A stretch of 64,000 nucleotides of DNA, taken from positions 1 to 64,000 of the forward strand of contig JAHLWS010000077.1 in NCBI GenBank assembly GCA_019057795.1, given 5' to 3'. The translations under genes were made by a program, and so were the position numbers. Origin of the DNA: Promethearchaeota archaeon (GTDB lineage: Archaea > Asgardarchaeota > Lokiarchaeia > Sigyniarchaeales > SOKP01). The notes beneath the pieces were generated by a model. That model had not been told where the DNA came from. It did no database searches and saw nothing but the letters and a program-made list of their open reading frames with translations. Positions 51,930 through 60,327 of the stretch are shown one piece after another. Position 1 is the first letter of the stretch, and each line of letters opens with the position of its first letter.

Positions 51930-53411
51930 ATAAAAAAAGGAAAATTCGATAATGCAGAATGGCTAAGAGAAGAATTTATAAATAAGGAGAAATCAGTTTA
52001 TCAGATAGCAAAAGAATGTAAAGTACCTACTCAGGTGATATACAAAAGATTAAATGATTTTGGGATAAAATTAGAAAATCCTTGGACGGAAATTAGAAGA
52101 ATGGGAGCCCAAAGTGCTAGAAAAGAAAGAGAAAAATTGAAAAAAAAATATAGCACAAAGAAATTATTCGAAATGGCGCTATCTTATACATTAAAGAATA
52201 AATTAGATGATGCGATTAAATTTTTTGAATTAATGACTGAAAAAGATCCTAATCATTTTCTTGCTTGGGTAAATATGGGTGTGCTTTTTACATACTACGA
52301 TTTATCATATACTACGGCTTATTCTGCAAGACATTATGATAAAGGTGTTGAAAGCTTTACAAAGGCACTTGAACAAAGACCAAATGATATCACCAGTTTG
52401 ATTGGTTTAGGAGATGCTTATAGTGGAAAGAAAGAATTTTCTAAATCAATTGAATCTTTTCAAGAAATTTCAAATAAAACGCCTAATAATTCTGAAGATT
52501 TGAGTGGGATTGGATTTACATTTTTAAATGCAAACAGTATCGATTATCAAATGAGGGATGTAGCTAACGATGGATACGTCCCTATTAATAAGGATTATCA
52601 ATTATTGAGCCATTTAAACTCTCATCTTAAAAAAGAAAAGAAAGAAAAGTACAATAGCGCATTGAGAAGTATGTCGAAAGTTTTAAAATTCCAAAAAATG
52701 CAAAATATACCAAATAAATATCTAATTAGTCGAGAAGTTTACAGCAACAAATTAGAATCTATAATAAAAATAATAAGAGCCATCGAATATGAAAAGGAGA
52801 AAGCAGAATGGAAAGAAACTAAAGAGTATAGAGATCTGGAAGATAAAAAGATAATAGAATTCGTTAAACCCTATAAAGAAATTGCCATTCATGATATTGT
52901 AGAACATTTTCTTTCAAAAAGTAAAATTGATAATACAGAAAAATTTTATCAGCCGGCTAAAGAGAGGATAGAACAAAAATTAAGATATTTAATCGATAGA
53001 AATATGATTCAAGGTTCTATTCAATATCTACCCAATAAAACGGGTTTATATTTTATAAACGAAGAAAAAATTAAGGATATTAAAAAAGACATTGTCTATC
53101 AAACGTTATTAGAATTTTTAGAAAACTATTCGAGATTATCCTTACTTGAGTTAGTTGAAAAAGTTAATCATCAAGTTGAAAAACAATTCGGCAACTCTGG
53201 TAAAATGTTGCCTACAAAAGTGAAGGAATTAGCTATGAATTTTATAAATAAAGGGTTAATTCCAGCAAACTATGACGAAGCTTCAGAAGGTATAGATTCT
53301 ACCATTATGGAACAAAAAATTGACGAATTATCCACTACAATTGAAGGGTGGGGTAAAGGAGACAACGAAAAGGTTGATTCTTCTTTAAAAAAAAAAAATA
53401 AAAAAATATGA
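51930..53411 (+). CDS. HTH - TPR - tandem PCI/winged-helix protein
   Basis: Frame is open from 51918, so it extends 5' of the track start (52035) and adds WLREEFINKEKSVYQIAKECKV (HTH). TPRs; YSRLSLLEL...FINKGLIPANYD PCI-like segment; QKIDELSTTIEGW tail. Start uncertain (ATA 51930 after GAGGTGA). Confidence 0.7.
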   Translation: MKKGKFDNAEWLREEFINKEKSVYQIAKECKVPTQVIYKRLNDFGIKLENPWTEIRRMGAQSARKEREKLKKKYSTKKLFEMALSYTLKNKLDDAIKFFELMTEKDPNHFLAWVNMGVLFTYYDLSYTTAYSARHYDKGVESFTKALEQRPNDITSLIGLGDAYSGKKEFSKSIESFQEISNKTPNNSEDLSGIGFTFLNANSIDYQMRDVANDGYVPINKDYQLLSHLNSHLKKEKKEKYNSALRSMSKVLKFQKMQNIPNKYLISREVYSNKLESIIKIIRAIEYEKEKAEWKETKEYRDLEDKKIIEFVKPYKEIAIHDIVEHFLSKSKIDNTEKFYQPAKERIEQKLRYLIDRNMIQGSIQYLPNKTGLYFINEEKIKDIKKDIVYQTLLEFLENYSRLSLLELVEKVNHQVEKQFGNSGKMLPTKVKELAMNFINKGLIPANYDEASEGIDSTIMEQKIDELSTTIEGWGKGDNEKVDSSLKKKNKKI

Positions 53412-53446
53412 AGAGATCAAAAAATTAAAGTCGGAAATTAAGAAGA

Positions 53447-54529
53447 ATGAATACTTACAAATTAATTCCACAGCTTAGAAATGGCTTAATTATTCAGGCG
53501 AAAAAAGAGTGGCTATCAGATTTTAAGATTGGGGATACAATTTTTTTGATTTCTGATTTACCCACTAAAAAATACTCAATAATATCTAAAATTGAAGCAA
53601 TTGAATACGCTGAAGAATCAAAAATTTTTATAGATAATAGGAATTTGGGCAATTTTGGAGAGGGAGAGGAGGTTTATATCATTAAATACAACCCTGCCGA
53701 AGCTTTAGAGGTTCACATAAATGTTTCAAACGAACACGCCATAATTACTAAAGGTGATTGGACATCTAATATAAAACCTTCGTTAATTAACAGACTTATA
53801 GATTACGGACAAGAAGTTGCTTTCTTAATTCCATGGGAAGGTGGTGCGCCTATAGTTGCTACGGGAATTATAAATTCAACGCTTCCAAATCCACCTGTAT
53901 ATATTGGGGATAAAACCAAGATTTTCATAGATAAAAGTTCAAATGAAGAACTCTCAGAAATCAAGAGAGAAAAATTGTTGATCCAAGAGGATCGCGTTGA
54001 TATTTTAGAAAGACAAATAAAACAGAAAACTATTAAGCTAATCAGAGAGATAAAACAGAATAATTATCCAAATAAAGGTCAAAAATACAAGTTTAAAGCA
54101 ATAAATCCAAGACAATTATTTAAATCCATTCTCAGCGTTTTTAGAGGGTTAGATTCTATTGAAGATCCTATAGAAGAATCGTTTGATGAGAAGGAACAAG
54201 ATTATCTTGCTTCAGCTGTATTTTTGACTAAGCAAAAGTCAGATTCATTCCAATTAATAGATATACAAATAATGGCATCTGGGCATTCGGGAACTTTAAC
54301 GTTATGGGTTACAGGAGAAAACGAATCAATAATTTCTGAAACTTTAAAAAATTACGATTCAAGAATTTCGCAATTACAACAAGGATTAGAACAAAAGATT
54401 GAAGTTTTAAGCACTCAATGTCCAGAATGTGGAGGGCATCTCCCTATTAAAAATATAGATATAAATGGTGTAGTTGAATGTATATATTGTAATAAAATTT
54501 CAAAAATACCAAAAGCTTTAAGATATTAA
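53447..54529 (+). CDS. Cdc48/p97 N-domain-like protein with a C-terminal zinc ribbon, no AAA domain
   Basis: IFIDN.NLGN.GEGEEVYI..YNPAEALEV...GIINSTLPNPPVYIGDKTKIFI resembles CDC48_N/CDC48_2; CPECGG...CIYC. Confidence 0.6.
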   Translation: MNTYKLIPQLRNGLIIQAKKEWLSDFKIGDTIFLISDLPTKKYSIISKIEAIEYAEESKIFIDNRNLGNFGEGEEVYIIKYNPAEALEVHINVSNEHAIITKGDWTSNIKPSLINRLIDYGQEVAFLIPWEGGAPIVATGIINSTLPNPPVYIGDKTKIFIDKSSNEELSEIKREKLLIQEDRVDILERQIKQKTIKLIREIKQNNYPNKGQKYKFKAINPRQLFKSILSVFRGLDSIEDPIEESFDEKEQDYLASAVFLTKQKSDSFQLIDIQIMASGHSGTLTLWVTGENESIISETLKNYDSRISQLQQGLEQKIEVLSTQCPECGGHLPIKNIDINGVVECIYCNKISKIPKALRY

Positions 54530-54535
54530 ATAATC

Positions 54536-55363
54536 ATGACTAAAAATAGATATACAAGATTGAACGCTATAAAAGAATTTGGTTACGATATTACTTGGGA
54601 CGATCTTAAACGCTATCACATAGGAATAGTTGGAGTTGGGGGACTTGGTTGCGTTTCTGCGGAAATGGCAGCTAGATGTGGCATTGGAAAATTATCATTG
54701 TTTGATTTTGATACGGTAGATATTGTTAATTTAAATCGTAGTATGTTTAAGGAAAAGCATATAGGACAATCAAAAGTAAAAATCGCTTCTAAAATATTAA
54801 AAAAAATCAATCCTGATGTTGAAGTTTACAATTTTGAAAACGATATTATGAACCCAAATTTTGAATCCGATTTTGAAAAAGAAATTTCACACATGGATAT
54901 AGTTTTAAATGGGCTCGATAACATTCCTGCTAGAGAATATTTGAATGCTAAATGTGTTCGTTTAAGAGTGCCCTACATTGATGCTGGAGCCTCAAGGAGT
55001 GGATTATCTGGATATGTGCATCCCGTTATTCCTTATAAAACAGCATGTGCAAAATGTATGAGTATTATTGCAATTGACATTCCAGATGAAAGGGGTGATC
55101 CATGTGTTGCATCCTTACCTTCTACAATGGCAATACTAGCAAGTATACAAATTCAAGAAATGTTAAAATACCTTCTAAAGTTTGGAGAAATGATTGACTA
55201 TCTCATGTATGACATGATAACGGGGAAATTTTTAAATTATGAAACTAAAAGAGACAAGAATTGTCCTATTTGCGGTATAAAATCTCAAAATAATAAAAAA
55301 TTAATGAAACCTAAAATTTCACGAGGAGAAATAGACGATTTAATTGATAAACTCAAAGAATAA
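54536..55363 (+). CDS. uba5: UBA5-like E1 activating enzyme (ThiF family)
   Basis: YTRL.AIK..G, IVGVGGLG..SAEM.ARCGIGKL.LFD.D.V...NLNR, CAKC/CPIC zinc ligands, catalytic PCVASLPSTM...LKYLL.FG (human UBA5 recalled as VCAASLPTTM...LKFLLNFG); C-terminal EIDDLIDKLKE. Confidence 0.88.
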   Translation: MTKNRYTRLNAIKEFGYDITWDDLKRYHIGIVGVGGLGCVSAEMAARCGIGKLSLFDFDTVDIVNLNRSMFKEKHIGQSKVKIASKILKKINPDVEVYNFENDIMNPNFESDFEKEISHMDIVLNGLDNIPAREYLNAKCVRLRVPYIDAGASRSGLSGYVHPVIPYKTACAKCMSIIAIDIPDERGDPCVASLPSTMAILASIQIQEMLKYLLKFGEMIDYLMYDMITGKFLNYETKRDKNCPICGIKSQNNKKLMKPKISRGEIDDLIDKLKE

Positions 55364-55537
55364 AAGGTGAAAGTCAAAAAAAACATTACAATTAATAAAT
55401 AATAAATAAACAGAGATAGAATATTATATTCGAATGAGAACATCTTATTCCAATGAAAAGTAAATGTCTAGAATATCTTAAAATTCACACCCTCTCTGGA
55501 AAAAATTGCGACAATAACAAAAAGGAATAAAATAAAA

Positions 55538-57004
55538 ATGGAAAAAATAAAGTCTGATCAAGAGAAAGTTTTAGAGGAAATATTAGGGAAAAAATGGAAA
55601 AATATTCCTCAAGTGGATAAAATTGAATGGAACACATTCGGAGTTAGAATTAAGGATGGTGACATTATTGGTTTAGGATTATCTAGGAATCAATTAACAA
55701 CTCTCCCAGAGTCAATAGGCAACCTAACATCGCTCCAAACACTAAAGTTGTGGAAAAATCAGTTGACAACCCTCCCGGAGTCAATAGTAAACCTTTCCTT
55801 CCTTAAAGAATTAGATTTACATTATAATAGTTTAACGACTCTCCCGGAGTCAATAGGAGATCTTACATCTCTCAAAACACTAGGTTTATCACACAATAGG
55901 TTAATAACCCTCCCGGAGTCAATAGGTGATCTAAAATCGCTCCAAAACCTAGATTTGTTTGATAATAAGTTAACGACCCTTCTGGAGTCTATAAGTGACC
56001 TAAAATCGCTCCAAACACTAGATCTGAGTGATAATAAGTTAACCACTCTCCCGGAGTCAATAGTAAACCTTTCCTCCCTTAAAGAATTAGATTTACAGGA
56101 TAATAGTTTAACGACTCTCCCGGAGTCAATAGGAGATCTTACATCACTCCAAACACTAGGTTTATCGCACAATAGGTTAATAACTCTCCCAGAGTCGATA
56201 GGCAATCTAGCATCGCTCCAAACACTATATTTAGGCGAAAATAAGTTTACGACTCTCCCAGAGTCAATAGTAAACCTTTCCTCCCTTAAATGGTTTGATT
56301 TAGGGGGTAATAGTTTAGCAACTCTCCCAGAGTCGATAGGCAATCTAGCATCGCTCCAAGCACTATTATTACATGAAAATAAGTTAATGACTCTCCCGGA
56401 GTCAATAGTAAACCTTTCCTCCCTTAAACGGTTTTATTTAGAGGGTAATCCGTTAAATCAGGAATTCAAAGGAATAATTAAAATGGCTGGAGATACTCAA
56501 TTTATACTAAGAAAACTAAGAGAAATTTTTGAAAAAGAAAGGTTAGAAAAAGAAAAGTTAAAAAAAGAAAGGTTAGAAAAAAGGTATAAAAGAGAGAGAC
56601 CAATTATTAAAAAGTTAATACAAGAAATGAAATTTTCAGACGCTGTTTTGAAGTTAAAAGATTTTAAAAATACTGCCAAAAGATATAATTTAAGCGAAAT
56701 TATTAATTGGACAGAGAAAAATTTAACACTTTGTAATATACAAATAATTAAAAAAACTGTTTTAGAGTTAGGAATTAAATTTGCCCGATTGCAAATTGCA
56801 GAAATTTCGGAAGTATCCGATCTAGATAACTTCCAATTAATTGTAGACACTGTAAACAATATGATTGATAATAAAGAAATATACGCCCAATATTTTTCTA
56901 GCACTAAATCTGTTGCGTTTGACCAGCAAGCAAATATTGATGAGATCGATAAACTAATGAGCGCATATAAAGATTGGGAAGATAAAGAGGTCGGAAAGAA
57001 ATAA
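55538..57004 (+). CDS. LRR protein (11 x 23-aa repeats) + C-terminal PCI/winged-helix module
   Basis: LTTLPESIGNL.SL..L.L..N repeats; tail VLELGIKFARLQIAEI...MIDNKEIYAQYFSSTKSVAFDQQANIDEIDKLM..Y..WE. Confidence 0.92.
   Translation: MEKIKSDQEKVLEEILGKKWKNIPQVDKIEWNTFGVRIKDGDIIGLGLSRNQLTTLPESIGNLTSLQTLKLWKNQLTTLPESIVNLSFLKELDLHYNSLTTLPESIGDLTSLKTLGLSHNRLITLPESIGDLKSLQNLDLFDNKLTTLLESISDLKSLQTLDLSDNKLTTLPESIVNLSSLKELDLQDNSLTTLPESIGDLTSLQTLGLSHNRLITLPESIGNLASLQTLYLGENKFTTLPESIVNLSSLKWFDLGGNSLATLPESIGNLASLQALLLHENKLMTLPESIVNLSSLKRFYLEGNPLNQEFKGIIKMAGDTQFILRKLREIFEKERLEKEKLKKERLEKRYKRERPIIKKLIQEMKFSDAVLKLKDFKNTAKRYNLSEIINWTEKNLTLCNIQIIKKTVLELGIKFARLQIAEISEVSDLDNFQLIVDTVNNMIDNKEIYAQYFSSTKSVAFDQQANIDEIDKLMSAYKDWEDKEVGKK
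55690..56450 (+). repeat. About 11 near-identical 69-bp tandem units encoding LRRs
   Basis: Recurring ACTCTCCC(G/A)GAGTC(A/G)ATAG every 69 nt; multi-unit blocks are duplicated. Confidence 0.9.
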
Positions 57005-57062
57005 AAATTTTATAATCCAGTAAAATATTAAAAGAAATTCAGAAAATAAAGGGTGACAACCT

Positions 57063-58247
57063 ATAGAAACTTTTCATATCTCTGAAACACTCGTTAAGAT
57101 AATTAAAAATCAAGCGTTATTAAGCGAAAATGAGATATATGGGTGGTTAATCGGGTATCTAGAAGATAAAACTCCAAAAGTTTTAGCTATTATTGAATGT
57201 AAACGATTTGAGCAACAAACACTTATAAGTGCAATTCCACACGCCCAAGAATTTCAGGAAATAAGTTCTGTGATGCCGCAAGGAATAGGTCCTATTGGGA
57301 TATATCATTCACACCCGTTTTCTAGCGAAATTTTTCACAGTCATACTGACGATTCTACTTTGTTAAGTCTAAGTAATCAGTTTTCTAATTGCGTTTCGAT
57401 CGTAACAAATGGAAAAGATATTAATTATTACCAAATGGGAAAGGAGAGTAAAACTATAGAAATTAACGTTAAATATATCGAACCAGAGATTCCAAAGTTT
57501 TTATTAATTTTGTTTGATGAAACTCTTTTAATCAAGATAAATAAAAGTATTTTAAATAATGTAGAGAATGTCAGCAACTTAAAAATAAGAATTTTGAACG
57601 AAGTAAATAATTTTTTAGAGAATATCTGGAGCGATTTAGAGTTATTTGCGAACTATTCGAAGATATCTGAGAACGATGTTGTTACTAAATATTTAGTAAA
57701 TAATTTAAAAGCGCGTCCAATTCAACTAAAGATTTCAGCAGAAACGAAGAATAAAGGTAAAATCCAAATAGTAATAGACAACGATAATGAATCAAATATT
57801 ATAACTGATTCTATTGATAACGATTACAAGTATTATAGATTAGATTTAAATGCCAAAGTTCCAATTTATGTCAGCAACGATAATAAGATTTTCAAAGATA
57901 TAAATAACGCAATTAAGACAGAATTATTGAGCAATAATATTCTCCAAAAGATTTATAATTGTGTTATCGATTACGATAAAAAAATTATTATAACTCCCGA
58001 TGATTTTTATCTTAATTTCTTCGGATTTTATATAAGAGTTTTGTACTTCAATAAAAACGAATTAAACGAATTCGAATTTTCCCATAGAACTTTTGATTTG
58101 ATATATAAATTTATATCTCTATTTAATTCTCTTCTAAATAAAGAATTATCAAATAAATTCAAAAGCCAAATTAAAACGTTTTTTAATGATATAAAAAAAA
58201 TCTCTAAAAAATTTAGCTGGCATTATGAAATTAATAAAAACTATTAG
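57063..58247 (+). CDS. JAB1/MPN+ (JAMM) metalloprotease
   Basis: Frame is open 69 codons upstream of the track start (57270) and supplies ENEIYGWLIG (catalytic Glu at 57132), followed by GIYHSHP...HSHTD. Likely start ATA 57063 after GGGTGA. Confidence 0.85.
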   Translation: METFHISETLVKIIKNQALLSENEIYGWLIGYLEDKTPKVLAIIECKRFEQQTLISAIPHAQEFQEISSVMPQGIGPIGIYHSHPFSSEIFHSHTDDSTLLSLSNQFSNCVSIVTNGKDINYYQMGKESKTIEINVKYIEPEIPKFLLILFDETLLIKINKSILNNVENVSNLKIRILNEVNNFLENIWSDLELFANYSKISENDVVTKYLVNNLKARPIQLKISAETKNKGKIQIVIDNDNESNIITDSIDNDYKYYRLDLNAKVPIYVSNDNKIFKDINNAIKTELLSNNILQKIYNCVIDYDKKIIITPDDFYLNFFGFYIRVLYFNKNELNEFEFSHRTFDLIYKFISLFNSLLNKELSNKFKSQIKTFFNDIKKISKKFSWHYEINKNY

Positions 58248-58286
58248 AAAATAATTAAAAATAGAAAGTATTTGAGATAAACAAAA

Positions 58287-59333
58287 ATGTCAAGATGGAC
58301 CGATTTTAAAATCTCTTTTGGAAAACCTGGTATCTTATCCAAGGATATGAAATTTCTAAAATTTCATGATGACTTTTTTACTATTGAATCATTAAAGTGG
58401 AACAATATAAATGATCTTAAATCAGATGAGATTTTAACTATAATAGAATTTTACGAAGAATTCCTCTTAAAATTCGATGAAATCTACCCAGAGTTTAAAT
58501 CGAAGAAATCTATCCAGAGTCTATATAAATTAGAAAATAAATATAAATTTCTTCGTTATTTATTTCCATTTCACTATATATTGGAAGATAGATTAAATTT
58601 CTTTAAAAACTTAAAAATTGGAATTGATTTTTGGAATCAAAAAAAATTTGATGGTGTTTTAAAACATTTTAAAATTATATATGATTCAATTTTAGAAATA
58701 GAAAAGGAAAAAACCTATGGGCAACGGTATAGGAAGTATAAAACAATGTACAGTTCTCCCACTCGTCCAGTCAATGACTATGTAGGAGGATTTAGTCGTG
58801 ATGATCTAAAGAATGGGAATTTTAATGAATTAATAAATGTAGTAAAAAATAGAACAGAGGATTTGAATCAGTTTTTCCAGTATAGAGAAATCATTGAATT
58901 ATTTAATGAAAATTACAAAATAAAGTCGTATAATAGAGCTTTTGACAATTATCTCAAAGCGGAGTATTATAGAAACAAGATCCAGCGTTCAAATTTAGCA
59001 TATTTTGGAATATTGGAAAAAGAAGAGAAATTTAAAGAAAAATTTGCGGTTGTATTACTAAATCTAACAAATAAAATTAGAAGAGTTGTATTGGATTTAG
59101 GTACTAAATTTACTAGATTAGAAATAAGAGAAATTAAAGAAAAATGTTATGTGGAATCCAAAGACCTCATAGTTAATGTCATTAAAAATATGATTAAAAA
59201 TCATGAAATCTATGCTGAATACTTTTCAAGTTCGAGTGCCATAGCATTTAATCAACAAGCAAATATTGAGGAAATAGATAATTTAATGAAAAAATATGAG
59301 CAGTGGGAAAAAGGAGAAAAAAGAAAAATTTAG
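58287..59333 (+). CDS. Unknown helical N-terminus + C-terminal PCI/winged-helix module
   Basis: Tail VLDLGTKFTRLEIREI...MIKNHEIYAEYFSSSSAIAFNQQANIEEIDNLMKKYEQWE. Confidence 0.8.
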   Translation: MSRWTDFKISFGKPGILSKDMKFLKFHDDFFTIESLKWNNINDLKSDEILTIIEFYEEFLLKFDEIYPEFKSKKSIQSLYKLENKYKFLRYLFPFHYILEDRLNFFKNLKIGIDFWNQKKFDGVLKHFKIIYDSILEIEKEKTYGQRYRKYKTMYSSPTRPVNDYVGGFSRDDLKNGNFNELINVVKNRTEDLNQFFQYREIIELFNENYKIKSYNRAFDNYLKAEYYRNKIQRSNLAYFGILEKEEKFKEKFAVVLLNLTNKIRRVVLDLGTKFTRLEIREIKEKCYVESKDLIVNVIKNMIKNHEIYAEYFSSSSAIAFNQQANIEEIDNLMKKYEQWEKGEKRKI

Positions 59334-59451
59334 ATAAATCGAATATAAACATAGAGTTTTTAATAATTAAAATATCCCCGAATTAACAAAAAATTAAAAA
59401 AAATAATTTATGATATTAATTTAAGGTAAAAAGTTTAAGGTTAAGAATAAA

Positions 59452-59718
59452 ATGGCATCAGAATTAAATACGATATATTTTGTTAACAAATTTGGCTCAG
59501 AAAAAAAGCAAATCCCTTTTCCAATTGCTCCGAATATAAAATTAATGGATGTTATACCAGAGATTTCAAAAAAATTTGGAATATCATCTCAAAATATATG
59601 TATTGCTAATATGGGAGGGCAGGTTTTAACTTCTACAGATTTACTAAGCCCTGTTAGAGAATTAGTAGAAAAATTTGGCAACACATTCGATATTATAGAT
59701 CGAGGTATTGTTGGTTGA
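59452..59718 (+). CDS. ufm1: UFM1-like ubiquitin-fold modifier
   Basis: 88 aa ending KFGNTFDIIDRGIVG* with a single terminal Gly (mature UFM1 recalled as KHGSELRIIPRDRVG); its stop overlaps the E2 start (TTGA). Confidence 0.8.
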   Translation: MASELNTIYFVNKFGSEKKQIPFPIAPNIKLMDVIPEISKKFGISSQNICIANMGGQVLTSTDLLSPVRELVEKFGNTFDIIDRGIVG

Positions 59719-60257
59719 GTACTACAAATTCTCGCTGGCAAAGGTCTATTTTAGACGAAATTATCCAAGAATTTCCTGAAAAATGGGTATCTGTGGGACC
59801 AAAACACCCTGCTTGGAAAGATCGTGTTAAATTAGAGATCGAAAAAATTATGCAATACATAAATTTTCTTAGAAATACAAAAAATAGACCTTGGTTTAAA
59901 TTATATCCCGAAAAAAATCCTCGTTATAACTATCTAATCTGGACTGGAAACTTACTCGTTCCAGACTATCCCGAAATTAATTTTGTTATTAAAGTACTCT
60001 TAACTTCTGAATATCCAAAAGTATGTCCACGATGTTTTGCTGAAGAAAAAATTGTGGAATATTGTGGAAAAATCTTTTTGAAAAATATCTGGGAACAAGA
60101 AGGTAAGAAATATGTAATGATATGCCATGAACACATGTCAAATACTCACGCTTGGAGAGAGAATCTCGGAATTGCTCACTTTTTTATACGACAAGTTTGG
60201 GTTTGGTGGGCTGCCCAACAAAATGTAATTATTAAAGAATATGATAAGAAAAAGTAA
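59715..60257 (+). CDS. ufc1: UFC1-like E2 conjugating enzyme
   Basis: VGPK...WKDRVKLEI..I.QYI...WFKL...WTG...YP...P, CGK at the UFC1 TAK position, MICHEH (catalytic Cys), LGIAH...VWW. Matches the UFC1 pattern rather than the canonical HPN E2 pattern. Confidence 0.88.
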   Translation: MSTTNSRWQRSILDEIIQEFPEKWVSVGPKHPAWKDRVKLEIEKIMQYINFLRNTKNRPWFKLYPEKNPRYNYLIWTGNLLVPDYPEINFVIKVLLTSEYPKVCPRCFAEEKIVEYCGKIFLKNIWEQEGKKYVMICHEHMSNTHAWRENLGIAHFFIRQVWVWWAAQQNVIIKEYDKKK

Positions 60258-60327
60258 AAATGTTAAGTATTTAATAGAGCGATTAAAATATTAAAAGAAT
60301 TAAATAATGAAATTTAATTGATCTAAT

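Noticed and set aside
54536-55363. Ordinary MoeB/ThiF sulfur-transfer enzyme
   Set aside because: It has UBA5-type motifs, its partner ends in VG rather than GG, an E2 is present, and no cofactor-biosynthesis genes are nearby.
55822-56343. 173-aa antisense ORF with repeats
   Set aside because: It is the shadow of the LRR repeat on the opposite strand. The other short antisense or off-frame ORFs inside long genes (e.g. 2291, 4057, 10051, 39327, 49501, 56497, 60566) were dismissed for the same reason.
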